Assembly: GCF_006345805.1 (NCBI RefSeq)
Contig: NC_043013.1
Span: 20,832,001-20,896,000 of the forward strand
Length of the DNA stretch: 64,000 nt
Direction of reading: 5' to 3'
Source of the DNA: Octopus sinensis
Taxonomy: Eukaryota
The translations under genes and the position numbers were made by a program. Positions 41,220 to 53,563 of the stretch are shown here, one piece after another. Under the pieces are notes generated by a model. That model did no database searches. It saw only the letters and a program-made list of their open reading frames with translations, and was not told the DNA's origin. Position 1 is the stretch's first letter, and every line of letters starts with the position of its first letter.

Positions 41220-42084
41220 TTATATACATATACTTATATATGTGTGTGTATATATATATATACGTGTGTGTGTGCAGAATTTCCCTAAAAAGGAAGAAAA
41301 TTTTTGAGAGAGAGCGACTTATAGATATATAGAATGATAAGAGAGAGAGAGAGAGAGTGTGTGTGAGTGATTAAGTGAGTGAGTGAGTGAGTGAGAGAGA
41401 GAGAGATTTTGAAGGGATATAGTGATATGTGAGCAAAATTAAAAAATGAATGTATGACGTCACTTACCTTGCGCTTTGGAATTAAATTAATTTCTTTATA
41501 ACTATTAATATTTAATTACATACAATTTCGTAATATCTCCAAATGAAAATATAATAAATATCAAAGTGTTTGGCTATGTTCTTCCCAATAAATTAATCAT
41601 ATTACCCTTGTTTGAACAAAGTACTGTACTTACAGCGAAGTTCATATATCCCAAAATTCAAACATATATTTTGTATTTTCTAAATAAACATACAACATTA
41701 GCCTCGTTGTGACTGGGGCAAGCATTGTATATTTATTCAAATGGAAATATCTTACTCTTAAAATTATCCACTCAAAACAGTATATTGTGACCTCTGAATA
41801 AACTGAACCACCTTCACAGTGCACCACATAGTGTTATGCATATTAGACACAGCAGCTTTATTGGGTTCTAGTTTGAATATATTTATATACACGATAAATA
41901 TCTCTAACTTGCTACTAATCTACCTGTGAATGTGAGAAATGTATTCTTTCTTTGACGAAAGTTTCATAGGTCTAAAAGCTCGTCAAATGGACCCCCACTT
42001 TTCTGCCATCGGAAACAGAAAATATATCATGTAACCGCTTTGTGTATTGGGTAATGATCCAAACGTCACGATTGCGAATACATG
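39008..42084. repeat. 3.1-kb fold-back: inverted arms 39008-40230 and 40741-42084, ~510-bp spacer
   Basis: Colinear reverse-complement match including internal microsatellites; the ORF track shows the same 61-aa peptide on both strands (39265 +, 41827 -). Confidence 0.95.
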
Positions 42085-42113
42085 CAATTTATATTATATA
42101 TATGTATATATAT

Positions 42114-42160
<47 letters not shown>

Positions 42161-42599
42161 CTTTAAAAGTTACAGCATGAATGAAGAAGTGAAATGACAG
42201 TGAGACATTTACACGCATTGGATTTAAGTTGGAAAATCTTGTACAACTCTTGCGCCACTCTCAGCGTCAACATTGCAGGTTGCAGTGACAACCATTGCAA
42301 GCGGACTGGTACCATTTTGACTAAAATTTTTTATGTTAGATTATCTTTGTCCTAGAAGAGTGACTTGCTTAACCGCTCTGTCAAAGATAAAGGAAGCCTC
42401 CACTGCTTCTAATAAATTTTTTAAACCCATAAATGGGCCTCAGATAGATGCTATCATTCTGCGTCAAAACAGACCTGAAAGTGATGGTAAACAAGAGATA
42501 AGTTCACGCTGCCCGTAACTCCAAAATCCTCAAACCTGAACCTCCTTTTGCTACCTGATACAGTAAAATGTCTCTCATGACAAATACATACACACGCAC

Positions 42600-42636
<37 letters not shown>

Positions 42637-43035
42637 TACACACATAGCCAAATGACACATATGTGTACAATGGTATGTGTTAGACAAGCATGTAACTTGT
42701 ATCTACAACAGCACAACTTTCTCTGTTGAGAAGCTGGTCAGCATTGAGGCAACCGCATCATTCTCGTTTTCTTTAAAACGTTTAGTCGATATATGCAACT
42801 ACTTGTATGTGTGTATAATATATATGTGCGTGTATGCGCGCTCACGCGCTCGTACGTGCATGTGTCTATGTGAATATATAATGTGAATATATTTGTATGT
42901 ACATACTTATATATGTATATATGTGTATATGAAAGTGAAGAACATGTACAGATTGAAATAACGGAAGTCAAAAAGGTATTTCATCTACACACATGTTTGT
43001 ACAGATTAAATTTGTATACTGCGATAACATGCGTA

Positions 43036-43139
<104 letters not shown>

Positions 43140-43265
43140 TACTTATATATATAATATATATATACTATATATATATGCATATGTTTATACATATATATCT
43201 GTATATGTGTATGTATATATATATAAAAGTATATACATATGTATATATATATATATATATATATA

Positions 43266-43356
<91 letters not shown>

Positions 43357-43402
43357 TTAGTTTGTGCTTGCATGTATATATCTCTCTCTCCCTCCCGCTC
43401 TC

Positions 43403-43477
<75 letters not shown>

Positions 43478-44132
43478 CGTATGTATGTATGTTTGCGCCC
43501 CGTTTGTATATGTACATATAACTAACTACATATGCGTCTCTGATCATGTAGGTCTGTGTATACGAGTGTGCATATATGTGTGTTTTAACATGTACAGACA
43601 CAGAAAGAACGAACGAATTGATGAAATAAAAAATCAAACAAACTGCGCATGAGTTATTGGAAACTCTGCTCGCACGCGAACCATTCACTCGATGTTTCCC
43701 CGATCTCAAATGAAGTATTGAGACATATTTGAATACAAGTTTTTCACTCGTTCCTTTTCTCTTTGATTGCCGCTTGTTAACTCGAAGACATGAAGAATGC
43801 CAAGTAAAACTATTAACAGCGTAGTTGAACACTTTTCTTTGTGGCGCCTGATAGCTTGCTTCAATGCCTATTCAGACTTTCAAGCTTCAGGCAGCACATC
43901 ACCTTATTCTCTCCGCATGCAATCCAAGACCATCGTTGCCAAATCGCCAACTTTGAACTTTTAACAGCAGCATTCTGAACGAAAAGAGAAAGAAAATATT
44001 TTAAAATTCCTCAATGAGACTTACACAACTCGTTTCTACCATTTATTCTAACTTAAACAACTCAATTCTTCGTTTTTGTCTGACATGTTGTCCCCCGTCA
44101 TCTTGATGCCCCTGTGGCTAATAAAAGAATCA

Positions 44133-44133
<1 letters not shown>

Positions 44134-44171
<38 letters not shown>

Positions 44172-44190
44172 TATTATTATTATTATCTTA

Positions 44191-44245
<55 letters not shown>

Positions 44246-44332
44246 CATTATTATTATCATTATTATTATTTATTATTATTATTATTATTATTATATTATT
44301 ATATTATTATTATTATTATATTATTATCTTTA

Positions 44333-44387
<55 letters not shown>

Positions 44388-44431
44388 CATTATTATTATC
44401 ATTATTATTATATTATTATTATATTATTATA

Positions 44432-44462
<31 letters not shown>

Positions 44463-44500
44463 TATTATTATTATCATCATCATCATCATCATTATTATTA
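44134..44500. repeat. (TTA)n/(TCA)n microsatellite
   Basis: Direct reading. Confidence 0.95.
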
Positions 44501-44534
44501 TGCCGATTCTTTTCGTTACAAGTCCAAATTCCAC

Positions 44535-44653
44535 GGACATTGACTTTGGATTTCATGCTTTCGGGGTCGATAAAACAAGTACCAGTTGCGTACTGGTGTA
44601 AATGAAACCGACTTACCCCTTCCTCGAAATTCTGGTCTAGTGCCTATAGCAGA

Positions 44654-44700
<47 letters not shown>
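44535..44700 (+). mobile_element. SINE family B 3' part with (AAT)n tail, abutting the tail of element 2
   Basis: TTTCGGGGTCGATAAAACAAGTACCAG...GTGCCTATAGCAGAA. Confidence 0.7.
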
Positions 44701-44701
<1 letters not shown>

Positions 44702-44762
44702 TATTATTATTATATTATTATTATTATTATATTATTATTATTATTATTATTATATTATTATT

Positions 44763-46812
44763 GTCATTTACTTTTAATCTGCATGTTTGATGCAATCACT
44801 TGCCGGGGCACACCCAGCGCCCTAGGGCAAGTGAAGGTTAAGAGTTGTTGAAATATAGCTGAAAGCTTGGGTAAGGGAAGTAGAGAAATATCTCCATATC
44901 TCCATAATACAACACAAACATTTACATTGATAGGGTTTTTCTAAGGATGTGGGCAGTACTTGTTAGCACAATCTTTTGGATTTCCTTGCGACATAGTTCT
45001 CCAGGGATATTGTCTCGGTGTTTCTGACATCCCTTTTTTATCATACCTAGGGCACCTACAATAACAAGAACAGTTTTTGTTTTAAGATTCCACATCTTTT
45101 GTATTTCGATTTCCAGGTCCTTATATTTACTAAGTTTGTCAAATTCCTTTACAGATATATTTTTATCAATGGGGACGTTTACTTCTTTTAGTCTGCAGGT
45201 ATTTTCTTCCCTGTCTTTAACAATTATGTCTGGTCGATTAGCCTTGATCGTTCTGTCAGTGTTGACTGGAAAATCCCAGAGGATGGTGACATTTTTACCT
45301 TCAACAACTGGCTGAGGATGGTGTTCATACCAGTTAGCAGGAGTGCCGAATTTGTAGTGTTTACATACCTTCCAATGCATATACTGTCCTACCCTATCGT
45401 GGCGATTTTTGTATTCGTTTGGTGTCAGCACAGGACATCCCGAAACGAGATGGTCTATTGTTTCGTCAAATGTGTCGCAGAATCTGCATTTAGCGTCAGT
45501 ACCGTTTCGGAGAACGTTAGCCTGGTAATTTCTGGTAAACAAGCTTTGATCTTGTGCTGCCAGTATGAAGCCTTCAGTCTCTGCTTTCAATCCTGAACTC
45601 TTCAGCCACTGATGGGTTGTTGCTTGGTCTTTGGCTTCGGAGAATATATTGTCCATGCAGGGGCTTCTGGCTCCACCGCCTCTCAATTTGATTCCTGCCC
45701 GTTCTTTTTTGCAGTCTGCTTGACTCGCTTCGCTTTGCTCGCTTGGTAGCTGTGGTTTCCGGCTCTTCATCTGATTCAAGGTCAATGTCTAGTTCACTTT
45801 CGAACTTATAAGCTTCCTTGACAATAGAATGCAGCTTTTTGCTGCTTTCGTGTTCACACACAAGTCGCAGCATCCAGTCCTTTGTACTAGATAGGTACCT
45901 GTTCATTCCTACAGTGGAGGTCTTATAGCACAGCTCTAATTGCATCATTCCTCTCCCCCCGCTGTTTCTAGGTAGGTACAGGCGGTCTACATCTGCCTTA
46001 GGGTGGTGCATGTTCTTGGATGTCAGTAATTTTCTTGTCTTCCTGTCCAAGCGTTGGAGTTCCGTAAGGTTCCAGTTAATGATGTTAAAACTGTACTGGA
46101 CTACTGGAAGTGCCAGGGTGTTAATGGTCACAATGCAATTTTTGGAGTAGAGTTCAGTCTTCAGTACAAGTCTTATTCTCCTATAGTATTCCTTTCTTAT
46201 TTTTTCCTTCATAGTAGCATGATGTATACCATCTCCTTCGTTGATTCCTAGGTATTTGTAACTTTCTTGTGGGTCAAGTTTCTTAATGGTAGTGTCAATA
46301 TCTAATTTAACAGAAGCTGTTTGCCTGAACTTGCCTCTTACAAAAGTTGCTTTAGCACACTTATCAAGGTCAAAATCCATTCCGATATCATTGCTAAACT
46401 CTTTAACAGCTGTTAGCAGCCCTTCTAGCTCTTGGTCATTCTTGGCAAACAGCTTTAGGTCGTCCATATAGAAAAGATGGTTTGTTGACTTACTAAAAAT
46501 TTGTACTCAGAGTGGGATCAGTGCCATGCAAAAAAGTAATGGAGAGAAGGAGTCACCTTGAAAGATGCCTCGTTTGATGTTGATGCTGTTGAACTGGCTC
46601 ATCCCATTACTATGGCTTAGAAAGAGACGTGTGTTCCACATGGTCATGCTATTCTGTAAGGATTTGGAGACGACAGGAGAGATCTTGTATATCTCAAGGG
46701 CCTTGAGGATCCATTTATGTGGGACACTGTCAAACGCTTTCCTGTAGTCTATCCATGCCATACTCAGGTTTTTTGCTCCGGCAATCCTCTACAATCATTC
46801 TGTTTATGAGCA

Positions 46813-46815
<3 letters not shown>
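44763..46815 (-). mobile_element. 5'-truncated R4/Dong-like RLE non-LTR retrotransposon, copy 2 (different family, damaged)
   Basis: Minus-strand WIDYRKAFDSVPH, GIFQGDSFSP, FYMDD, CRFCDTFDETIDHLVSGC, RHD, RPD, DKLSKYKDL; ~27-nt deletion with a stop before YMDD; (TAA)n on both sides of the element strand. Confidence 0.92.
44922..46812 (-). pseudogene. RT-CCHC-RLE ORF remnant of element 2
   Basis: ORF-track pieces 46507-46761, 45574-46467, 44922-45785; RLE ID motif reads KE (CRLKEVNVP). Confidence 0.88.
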
Positions 46816-46854
<39 letters not shown>

Positions 46855-47400
46855 GAGTGAGAGACCAGTGCATGCCATCAAAGTGACACAGGTGTAAAAA
46901 ATACGAAGCCCAGTATACCCATCATGACTACCTGTCTGATAAGGGTACACTAGGCACATGCATCACAACTATATGGGCGCGACATGGTGATCTCATATCA
47001 AGATAAACAGCACATGACCTTGCGAGTGGGGCCCAGTTAGAATTTTCTTCTAGACGAGTAACCCATCCCGCTCAAAAGGTCCTTGAATAAGGGTTGTTTA
47101 AGGATGTCGAAAGAACCACCCATGTTTCCAGAGATGAATTATTCAAACCCCAAAGAATCCCTCTCGACACATGGCTATGATGCTCCCCCACTACTTCTGC
47201 TCGTGATCAGAGATGCACACATCTTCAGCCACTAAGGGACATGCTCAACTGGTTAAAGTCAAACAACTGACAAGCAAATCTGTGGTATTGAGCAGAATAT
47301 TTGCTGTAGCCCATCTTTCATACAAAGACAAAACAATGTACATGATAACACTTTCAATCAGTTAAGATTAGAAGCCATGAGAGCCACTGCCTGTTGTGCA
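46855..47400 (-). mobile_element. ~545-bp non-coding retroposon-like element, copy 1
   Basis: Near-identical to 52370-52914; fixed end ...CTCTCACTC followed by (AAT)n on the minus strand; shares the 46813-46854 tract with element 2. Confidence 0.85.
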
Positions 47401-47557
47401 GTATCCAATATTATGATGAAGTTGGTAGAAGATATTGGTTCTACTGGGTGTTTGTACTGTCTGTTAAATCACAACATGGACCTCAGACAAACTACTTCAC
47501 GCAATATCCTTGCAGTTCCAAGTAATGCCTAGATTGTAGTGTGTTTCTAATTTCCAG

Positions 47558-47617
47558 ATGTTTCTTCAGATTCGATGGATCTGCACACAAGATAGCAGAA
47601 ATTATTGAAACGAAACG
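47558..47617 (+). CDS. Candidate isolated 60-nt internal exon of an unknown gene
   Basis: TTTCTAATTTCCAG| ... |GTAATT; one open frame CFFRFDGSAHKIAEIIETK; no partner exons found. Confidence 0.2.
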
Positions 47618-47787
47618 GTAATTATATCATTGGCTGAGCAAATAGCTTTGCTCTAAAACCTTGTTCTATCTTAGCTTAAAAAGCGAACGGAGAATTTTGG
47701 CCAATCAAATATATATCATTTGCGTAATAGGTAAGAATATAGTATGAAAGAAGTACAGCTATGATTAGAACTTTGGTATGAAGTAGA

Positions 47788-48215
47788 GAGAGAGAGAGAG
47801 GAGAAGAGAGAGACACTGACAAGGAAGAGAGAGAGAGAGAAGAGAGACACTGACAAGGAAGAGAGAGAGAGAGAAGAGAGAGACACTGACAAAGAAGAGA
47901 GAGAGAGAGAGAAGAGAGAGACACTGACAAGGAAGGGAGAGAGAGAGAAGAGAGAGACACTGACAAGGAACAGAGAGCGAGAGAGAAAAGAGAGACACTG
48001 ACAAGGAAGAGAGAGAGAGAGAGAGAGAGAAGAGAGACACTAACAAGGAAGAGAGAGAGAGAAGAGAGAGACACTGACAAGGAAGAGAGAGAGAGAGAAG
48101 AGAGAGACACTGACAAGGAAGAGAGAGAGAGAGAAAAGAGAGACAATGACAAGGAAGAGAGAGAGAAGAGACACTGACAGGGAAGAGAGAGAGAGAGAGA
48201 CAGAGAAAGAGAGGT
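47788..48215. repeat. Minisatellite: 11 copies of GACACTGACAAGGAA separated by variable (GA)n
   Basis: Core counted 11 times (a few variant); unit ~30-42 bp. Confidence 0.92.
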
Positions 48216-48797
48216 AGACAGACAGACAAAGAAATAATGGGAAGAGAGTGAGAGAGATGGAGCGCTTTTAAGAAAGAGATGTAGATCAGTTTTTACGGAT
48301 GCCATGCTTTATTCTCAACTTGACATGCTTCAAGAGATGTCCACTTAATTCGTTAATTCCTCTCCCAAAGTATTCAATAATGTCTGACCTTAAACCTCCA
48401 ATCAAACAATGTTTCACTGTGACATGTTTTGCAAAAAGACTGTCAATTGAACCAAACTGAACTAAGTTGATCCGAACGTCATATCCTAAAACTTCATAAA
48501 TTTCGCCAACAACCAGACTGTTTGTGTGGGTGTGTGGGTGTTTTGTAACGAATTATAAATTATTAACAAATATGCACAAACAAGCAGGTACTAATACGCA
48601 CAGTTACAGACACACAGACTAATACACACACTCAGGTTTATTTTTTTCCGTAATTCGATCTACGTACGTACATATGTATATGCATACGTCTATCAATAGA
48701 AGTGAAATATAGGCTTCTTAAGTTCAAATCTGTTTCATTCTATTTATTTCATTCTCATTTCCTTAATGACTTTTAGGCACATGATGTAACTTGAGAA

Positions 48798-49204
48798 TAC
48801 TCTTTTACTCTTTACTCTTTTACTTGTTTCAGTCATTTGACTGCGGCCATGCTGGAGCACCGCCTTCCTTTAGTCGAGCAAATCGATCCCGGGACTTATT
48901 CTTTGTAAGCCCAGTACTTATTTTATCGGTCTCTTTTGCCAAACCGCTAAGTGACGGGGACGTAAACACACCAGCATCGTTTGTCAAGCAATGCTTGGGG
49001 GGACAAACACAGACACACATATATATATATATACATATATACGACAGGCTTCTTTCAGTTTCCGTCTACCAAATCCACTCACAAGGCATTGGTCGGCCCG
49101 GAGCTATAGCAGAAGACACTTGCCCAAGATGACACGCAGTGGGACTGAACCCGGAACCATGTAGTTGGTTAGCGAGCTACTTACCACACAGCCACTCCTG
49201 TGCC
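48798..49204 (-). mobile_element. SINE family A, full copy
   Basis: All blocks present; (TACTCTTT)n tail. Confidence 0.85.
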
Positions 49205-49530
49205 TATATGTAAGATTTTTAAAGTTACTACGTGGATGGAGGTTACTGGATTTCTCACTCATTTGGCGATACCTATCACCTTCATGTAGTTTGGTTTTAT
49301 TGTCAACAGTCGCCCTTCTAAGCAGTATCCTTATGTGTGCAAGGTGGTTTTCTCGCGCGGAACTTTCAGGAACGTACCTACAGCGCTAAACGAGATCCGA
49401 GATCCCGCTTAACAACTGGTGCTGGTTTAAGCAGCCGGTGTTGGTTTGTTCACATCTCCGTAACTTATAGATATGAACGCGCATGTGTGCTTATGTATAT
49501 ACCCACATATATGTAAACATATACATATAT

Positions 49531-49863
49531 ATATATATACCCCTTTTATGGCACTCCGTCGGTTACGAGGAGGTGTATCTCAGTTGATCCGATCAACGGA
49601 AAAACCAGCTTGTAAAATTAACCTGCAAGTGATTGAGTACTCCACGGACACCCGGACCTTTAGCGCAGTTCTCATAAGATTCGCTGAGAAACAGAACATG
49701 ACAAGGCTGGCCCTTTCAATTAGGTGTACACCTGGTTTTTACCAGCTGAGTGGACTGAAGCAATGTGAGATAAAGTGTCCTACTCAAAAACACAACACAT
49801 CACTGGGAATCGAACTCACGACCCGAGTATCTTAGCTACTAAATCACGCACTTTCACAAATAT

Positions 49864-49897
<34 letters not shown>

Positions 49898-50165
49898 AGG
49901 CACGTGGCCTCGTAGTTAGGCTGTCGCACTCACGTGCGCTAGATCGTGGGTTCGATTCCCAGACCGGGCGGCGCGTTGTGTTCTTGAGTAAAACACTTCA
50001 CTTCACCTTGTTCCACTCCCCACTTTCAAATGGGGGATTGGGGTATAGGTCTGTTCGCCAAGCCAGTGGTATGGCGTCATCTGAAGGCTAAAACAATGCC
50101 TAGCGCATTGTGACCAGCGATGTGTAACAGCATCTGATAATCTGATCAGTCATGTGATCACGTGT

Positions 50166-50170
<5 letters not shown>
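49531..50170. mobile_element. Head-to-head SINE pair (49531-49851 -, tail Z; 49900-50170 +, tail Y)
   Basis: tRNA-like heads point apart across a (TG)n tract; tails match 58051 and 28291 respectively. Confidence 0.7.
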
Positions 50171-50216
<46 letters not shown>

Positions 50217-51384
50217 AGTATATAAATATATATATAATGATAAAAATAATTTTGAAGTTAATAAAAATTTAAATATCAAATTTTCACCGATGTGTAAATC
50301 AAGGAAATAAAATTTTTCAATTTCATTTTCAAATTTCTCTTGGAATAATTACGTTACACCAGAGAGAATAAAAAAATTCAACTAGTACAGCAGCATTTTA
50401 ACAGGGAACTCATTAAATTAACTAACAGTTAATTAGTGTATAGAATTTAATATTTAATTTCATGTAGAATTAATTCCAGAATTTATTTTAACTGAATTCC
50501 AAGTGAAGGATGCGAGCTGATGCAAATAGTATCTCCCATCAAATATCTGTCGCCGTTAGACTACAACGAAACGTGTTACGTTTTTTTTTGTGAGTGTTTT
50601 GGGGGAGTTTTTTGTTGTTCTGTTTAAGAATCTCTTTTTTTTTTGCATTTATCGTCGGTAGTCTGTGTTGGAATGTTCGAAAAGATTCTAAACATAGTGA
50701 GGGGTGATTCCAAATCAGACAAGTGTATACATAATTACACACACACACATGCCCTCTCACGCATTGGTGCACGTGCACGCAGACACACAGACACACACAC
50801 ACACAAACACACATGTATAAGCATCGATGCAAAGACGCACGTTTAAACATCGTTACAAACACTCTTGCATGCATCAAGAAATATGCACATGTAACATGCC
50901 TAAACACATACACACACTTGCACACACACACATACACACACATGTATAAACACTGATGTAAAAGCACGCGCATAGGTATCGGCGCAAATACCCTCGAATA
51001 CACAGAATAAACACAAACGTATACAGTGTGACACAAACACATATTCACGTAGAACATACACACACATACCCTCACACACATATATACACACACACAAAGC
51101 ACATGGGGACATAAAACACATATACGTTTGTACCTACAGACACGTACACTAACATATACATATACAGATGCACATCTACATTTATGCGTTAATTCACACT
51201 GGTCTGATTGAATCAGTCTGGAGTTTCCCCAACAAAAGAGCTGCTATTCGTCGGATTGAATGAAACGTCTGATGAACCAACCAGTAACTCACACACATCC
51301 ACACACACTCGCTCACAAAAACATTCGCACAAAGAGATCTCTGTGTCTATGCGTGAATGTTAAGAATCGTAAGCATACCGTCAT

Positions 51385-51700
51385 CAGTGGCATTTCGTCC
51401 GTCTTTAAGGTCTGAGTTCAAATTCCGTCGATGTCAACCTTGCATTTCATCCTTTTGGGATTGATGAAATAAATACCAGTGACGCACTGGTGTCGATGTA
51501 ATCAACAAGTCCCCCCACACGCACAATGTCAAGCGTTGTGCTTATAGAAGAAATGATTATTATCATTGTTGTTGTTGTTGTTGTTGATGATGATGATGAT
51601 GATGATGAGGATGATGATGCGAAATGCCTATCGATATTTTGTGAGCCACTACGTTCTAAGTTCAAATTCTGCCGAGGTCAACTTTGCCTTTCATTACATT
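51385..51700 (+). mobile_element. Two tandem SINE family B pieces joined by a compound (ATT)(GTT)(GAT) tail
   Basis: GAGTTCAAATTC...GCCTTTCAT block at ~51413 and ~51657. Confidence 0.7.
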
Positions 51701-51833
51701 AACCATAACATGGCTTACATGTTTTCTTCTATAGTTTTTGCGGATTCTTAATTCCTGCTTCGTGTTGGTTTCAGATCTGATCTATCTACCCGACATTCCA
51801 ATGTCATACGTCCATGGAGGTTCCTCCGTCCAT

Positions 51834-51876
<43 letters not shown>

Positions 51877-52339
51877 GAGTGAGAGAGCAGTTCATGCCAT
51901 CAAAGTGACACTGGGGTAAAATATACGAAGCCCAATATACCCATCATGACTACCTGTCTGATAAGGGTACACTACGCACATGCATCACAACAATATGTGC
52001 GCGATATGGTGATCTTATATCAAGGTAAACAGCACATGACCTTGCAGGTGGGGCCCAGTTAGAATTTTCTTCAGGTCGAGTAGCCCATCCCGCTCAAAAG
52101 GTCCCTGAATAAGGGTTGCTTAAGGATGTTAAAAAAGCCACCCATGTTTCCAGAGGAGAATTATTCAAACCCCAAAGATTCCCACTCAACACATGGCTAT
52201 GATGCTCCCCCACTACATCTGCTCGTGATCAGAGATGCACATATCGTCAGCCACTAAAGGACATGCTCAACTGGTTAAGGTCAAACAACTGACGAGCAAA
52301 TCTGTGGTATTGAGCAGAATATTTGCTGTAGCCCATCTT
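51877..52339 (-). mobile_element. 545-bp element, copy 2 (5'-truncated)
   Basis: Same 3' end; truncated at CCCATCTT merging into (TTA)n; TTA tracts on both sides. Confidence 0.85.
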
Positions 52340-52369
52340 ATTATTATTATTATTATTATTATTGTTATT

Positions 52370-52914
52370 GAGTGAGAGAGCAGTTCATGCCATCAAAGTG
52401 ACACTGGGGTAAAATATACGAAGCCCAATATACCCATCATGACTACCCGTCTGATAACGTTACACCAGGCACATGCATCACAACCATATGTGCGCGACAT
52501 GGTGATCTCATATCAAGATAAACAGCACATGACCTTGCGAGTGGGGCCCAGTTAGAATTTTCTTCAGGTTGAGTAGCCCATCCCGCTCAAACGGTCCCTG
52601 AATAGGGTTGTTTAAGGATGTAAAGAACCACCCATGTTTCCAGAGGTTAACTATTCAACCCCAAAAATCCCTCTCAACACATGGCTATGATGCTCCCCCA
52701 CTACTTCTGCTCGTGATCAGAGATGCACATATCGTCAGCCACTAAGGACATGCTCAACTGGCTAAGGTCAAACAACTGACAAGCAAATCTGTGGTATTGA
52801 GCAGAATATTTGCTGTAGCCCATCTTTTACCAAGACAAAACAATGTACATGATAACACTTCCAATCAGTTAAGATCAGAAGCCATTGAGAGCCACTGCCT
52901 GGTACTGCATCAGG
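52370..52914 (-). mobile_element. 545-bp element, copy 3 (full length)
   Basis: Minus strand runs from CCTGATGCAGTACCAGG to CTCTCTCACTC-(AAT)n; TTA tracts on both sides. Confidence 0.88.
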
Positions 52915-53164
52915 ATTATTATTTTATTATTTTATTATTATTATTATTATTATTATATTATTATTATTATTATTACTATTATTATTATATGTTATTATTA
53001 ATATTATTATTATTATTATTATTAATTATTACATTATTATTATTATTATTGTTATTATTAATATTATTATTATTAATTTTATATTATTATTATATTATTA
53101 TATTATTATTATTATTATTAATTATATTATTATTATATTATTTGATATCCTCATCATTATTATA

Positions 53165-53197
53165 GTGTGAGAGAGCAGTGCATGCCATCAAAGTGAC
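53165..53197 (-). mobile_element. 545-bp element, 33-bp 3'-terminal remnant
   Basis: GTGTGAGAGAGCAGTGCATGCCATCAAAGTGAC at the end of the 52915-53160 TTA tract. Confidence 0.75.
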
Positions 53198-53518
53198 TTT
53201 CAACTCATAATTCTTGCAAAACGAATTGATAAATATGTAGTACAATATTTTATGTGTACGTACGTGCGTATGTATGAGGTTATGTGGGACATCTAAATGC
53301 CGAGAAGACCAGTCAGAGAACCAGCAATGTAGCTGCGACATGGTAGCTAGAACTGTAGCTAGAAATAGTAGCAATACATCTCTAGAGCCATGCCCTCAAA
53401 TGCCATATAAGTATATGGCTGTGTGGTAAGAAGATTGCTTCCCAATCACTTAGTTCCAAATTCACTCCAGCATAAGGATTTGCTTTGGAAAACCTTTTCA
53501 TCGAAAACCGGTGAGTGT

Positions 53519-53563
53519 CGTACGCTGATGACAGGTCAAAACATGGAAACTAAAGTCCGTGCG
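53519..53563 (+). ncRNA. Type I hammerhead ribozyme motif with complete core
   Basis: CGTACG-CTGATGA-CAGGT/CAAA/ACATG-GAAAC-TAAA-GTC-CGTGCG; stem I 6 bp, stem II 4 of 5 pairs, 2-bp stem III, GUC site. Confidence 0.75.

Noticed and set aside
47788-48215. CRISPR-like repeat-spacer appearance
   Set aside because: The spacers are just (GA)n, the repeat is 15 nt and non-palindromic, there are no cas genes, and the context is animal
52670-52755. HDV-like or hammerhead fold inside the 545-bp element
   Set aside because: L3 is too long and P1 imperfect, with wrong strand for the HDV reading; GAAA and stem II are absent for the hammerhead reading
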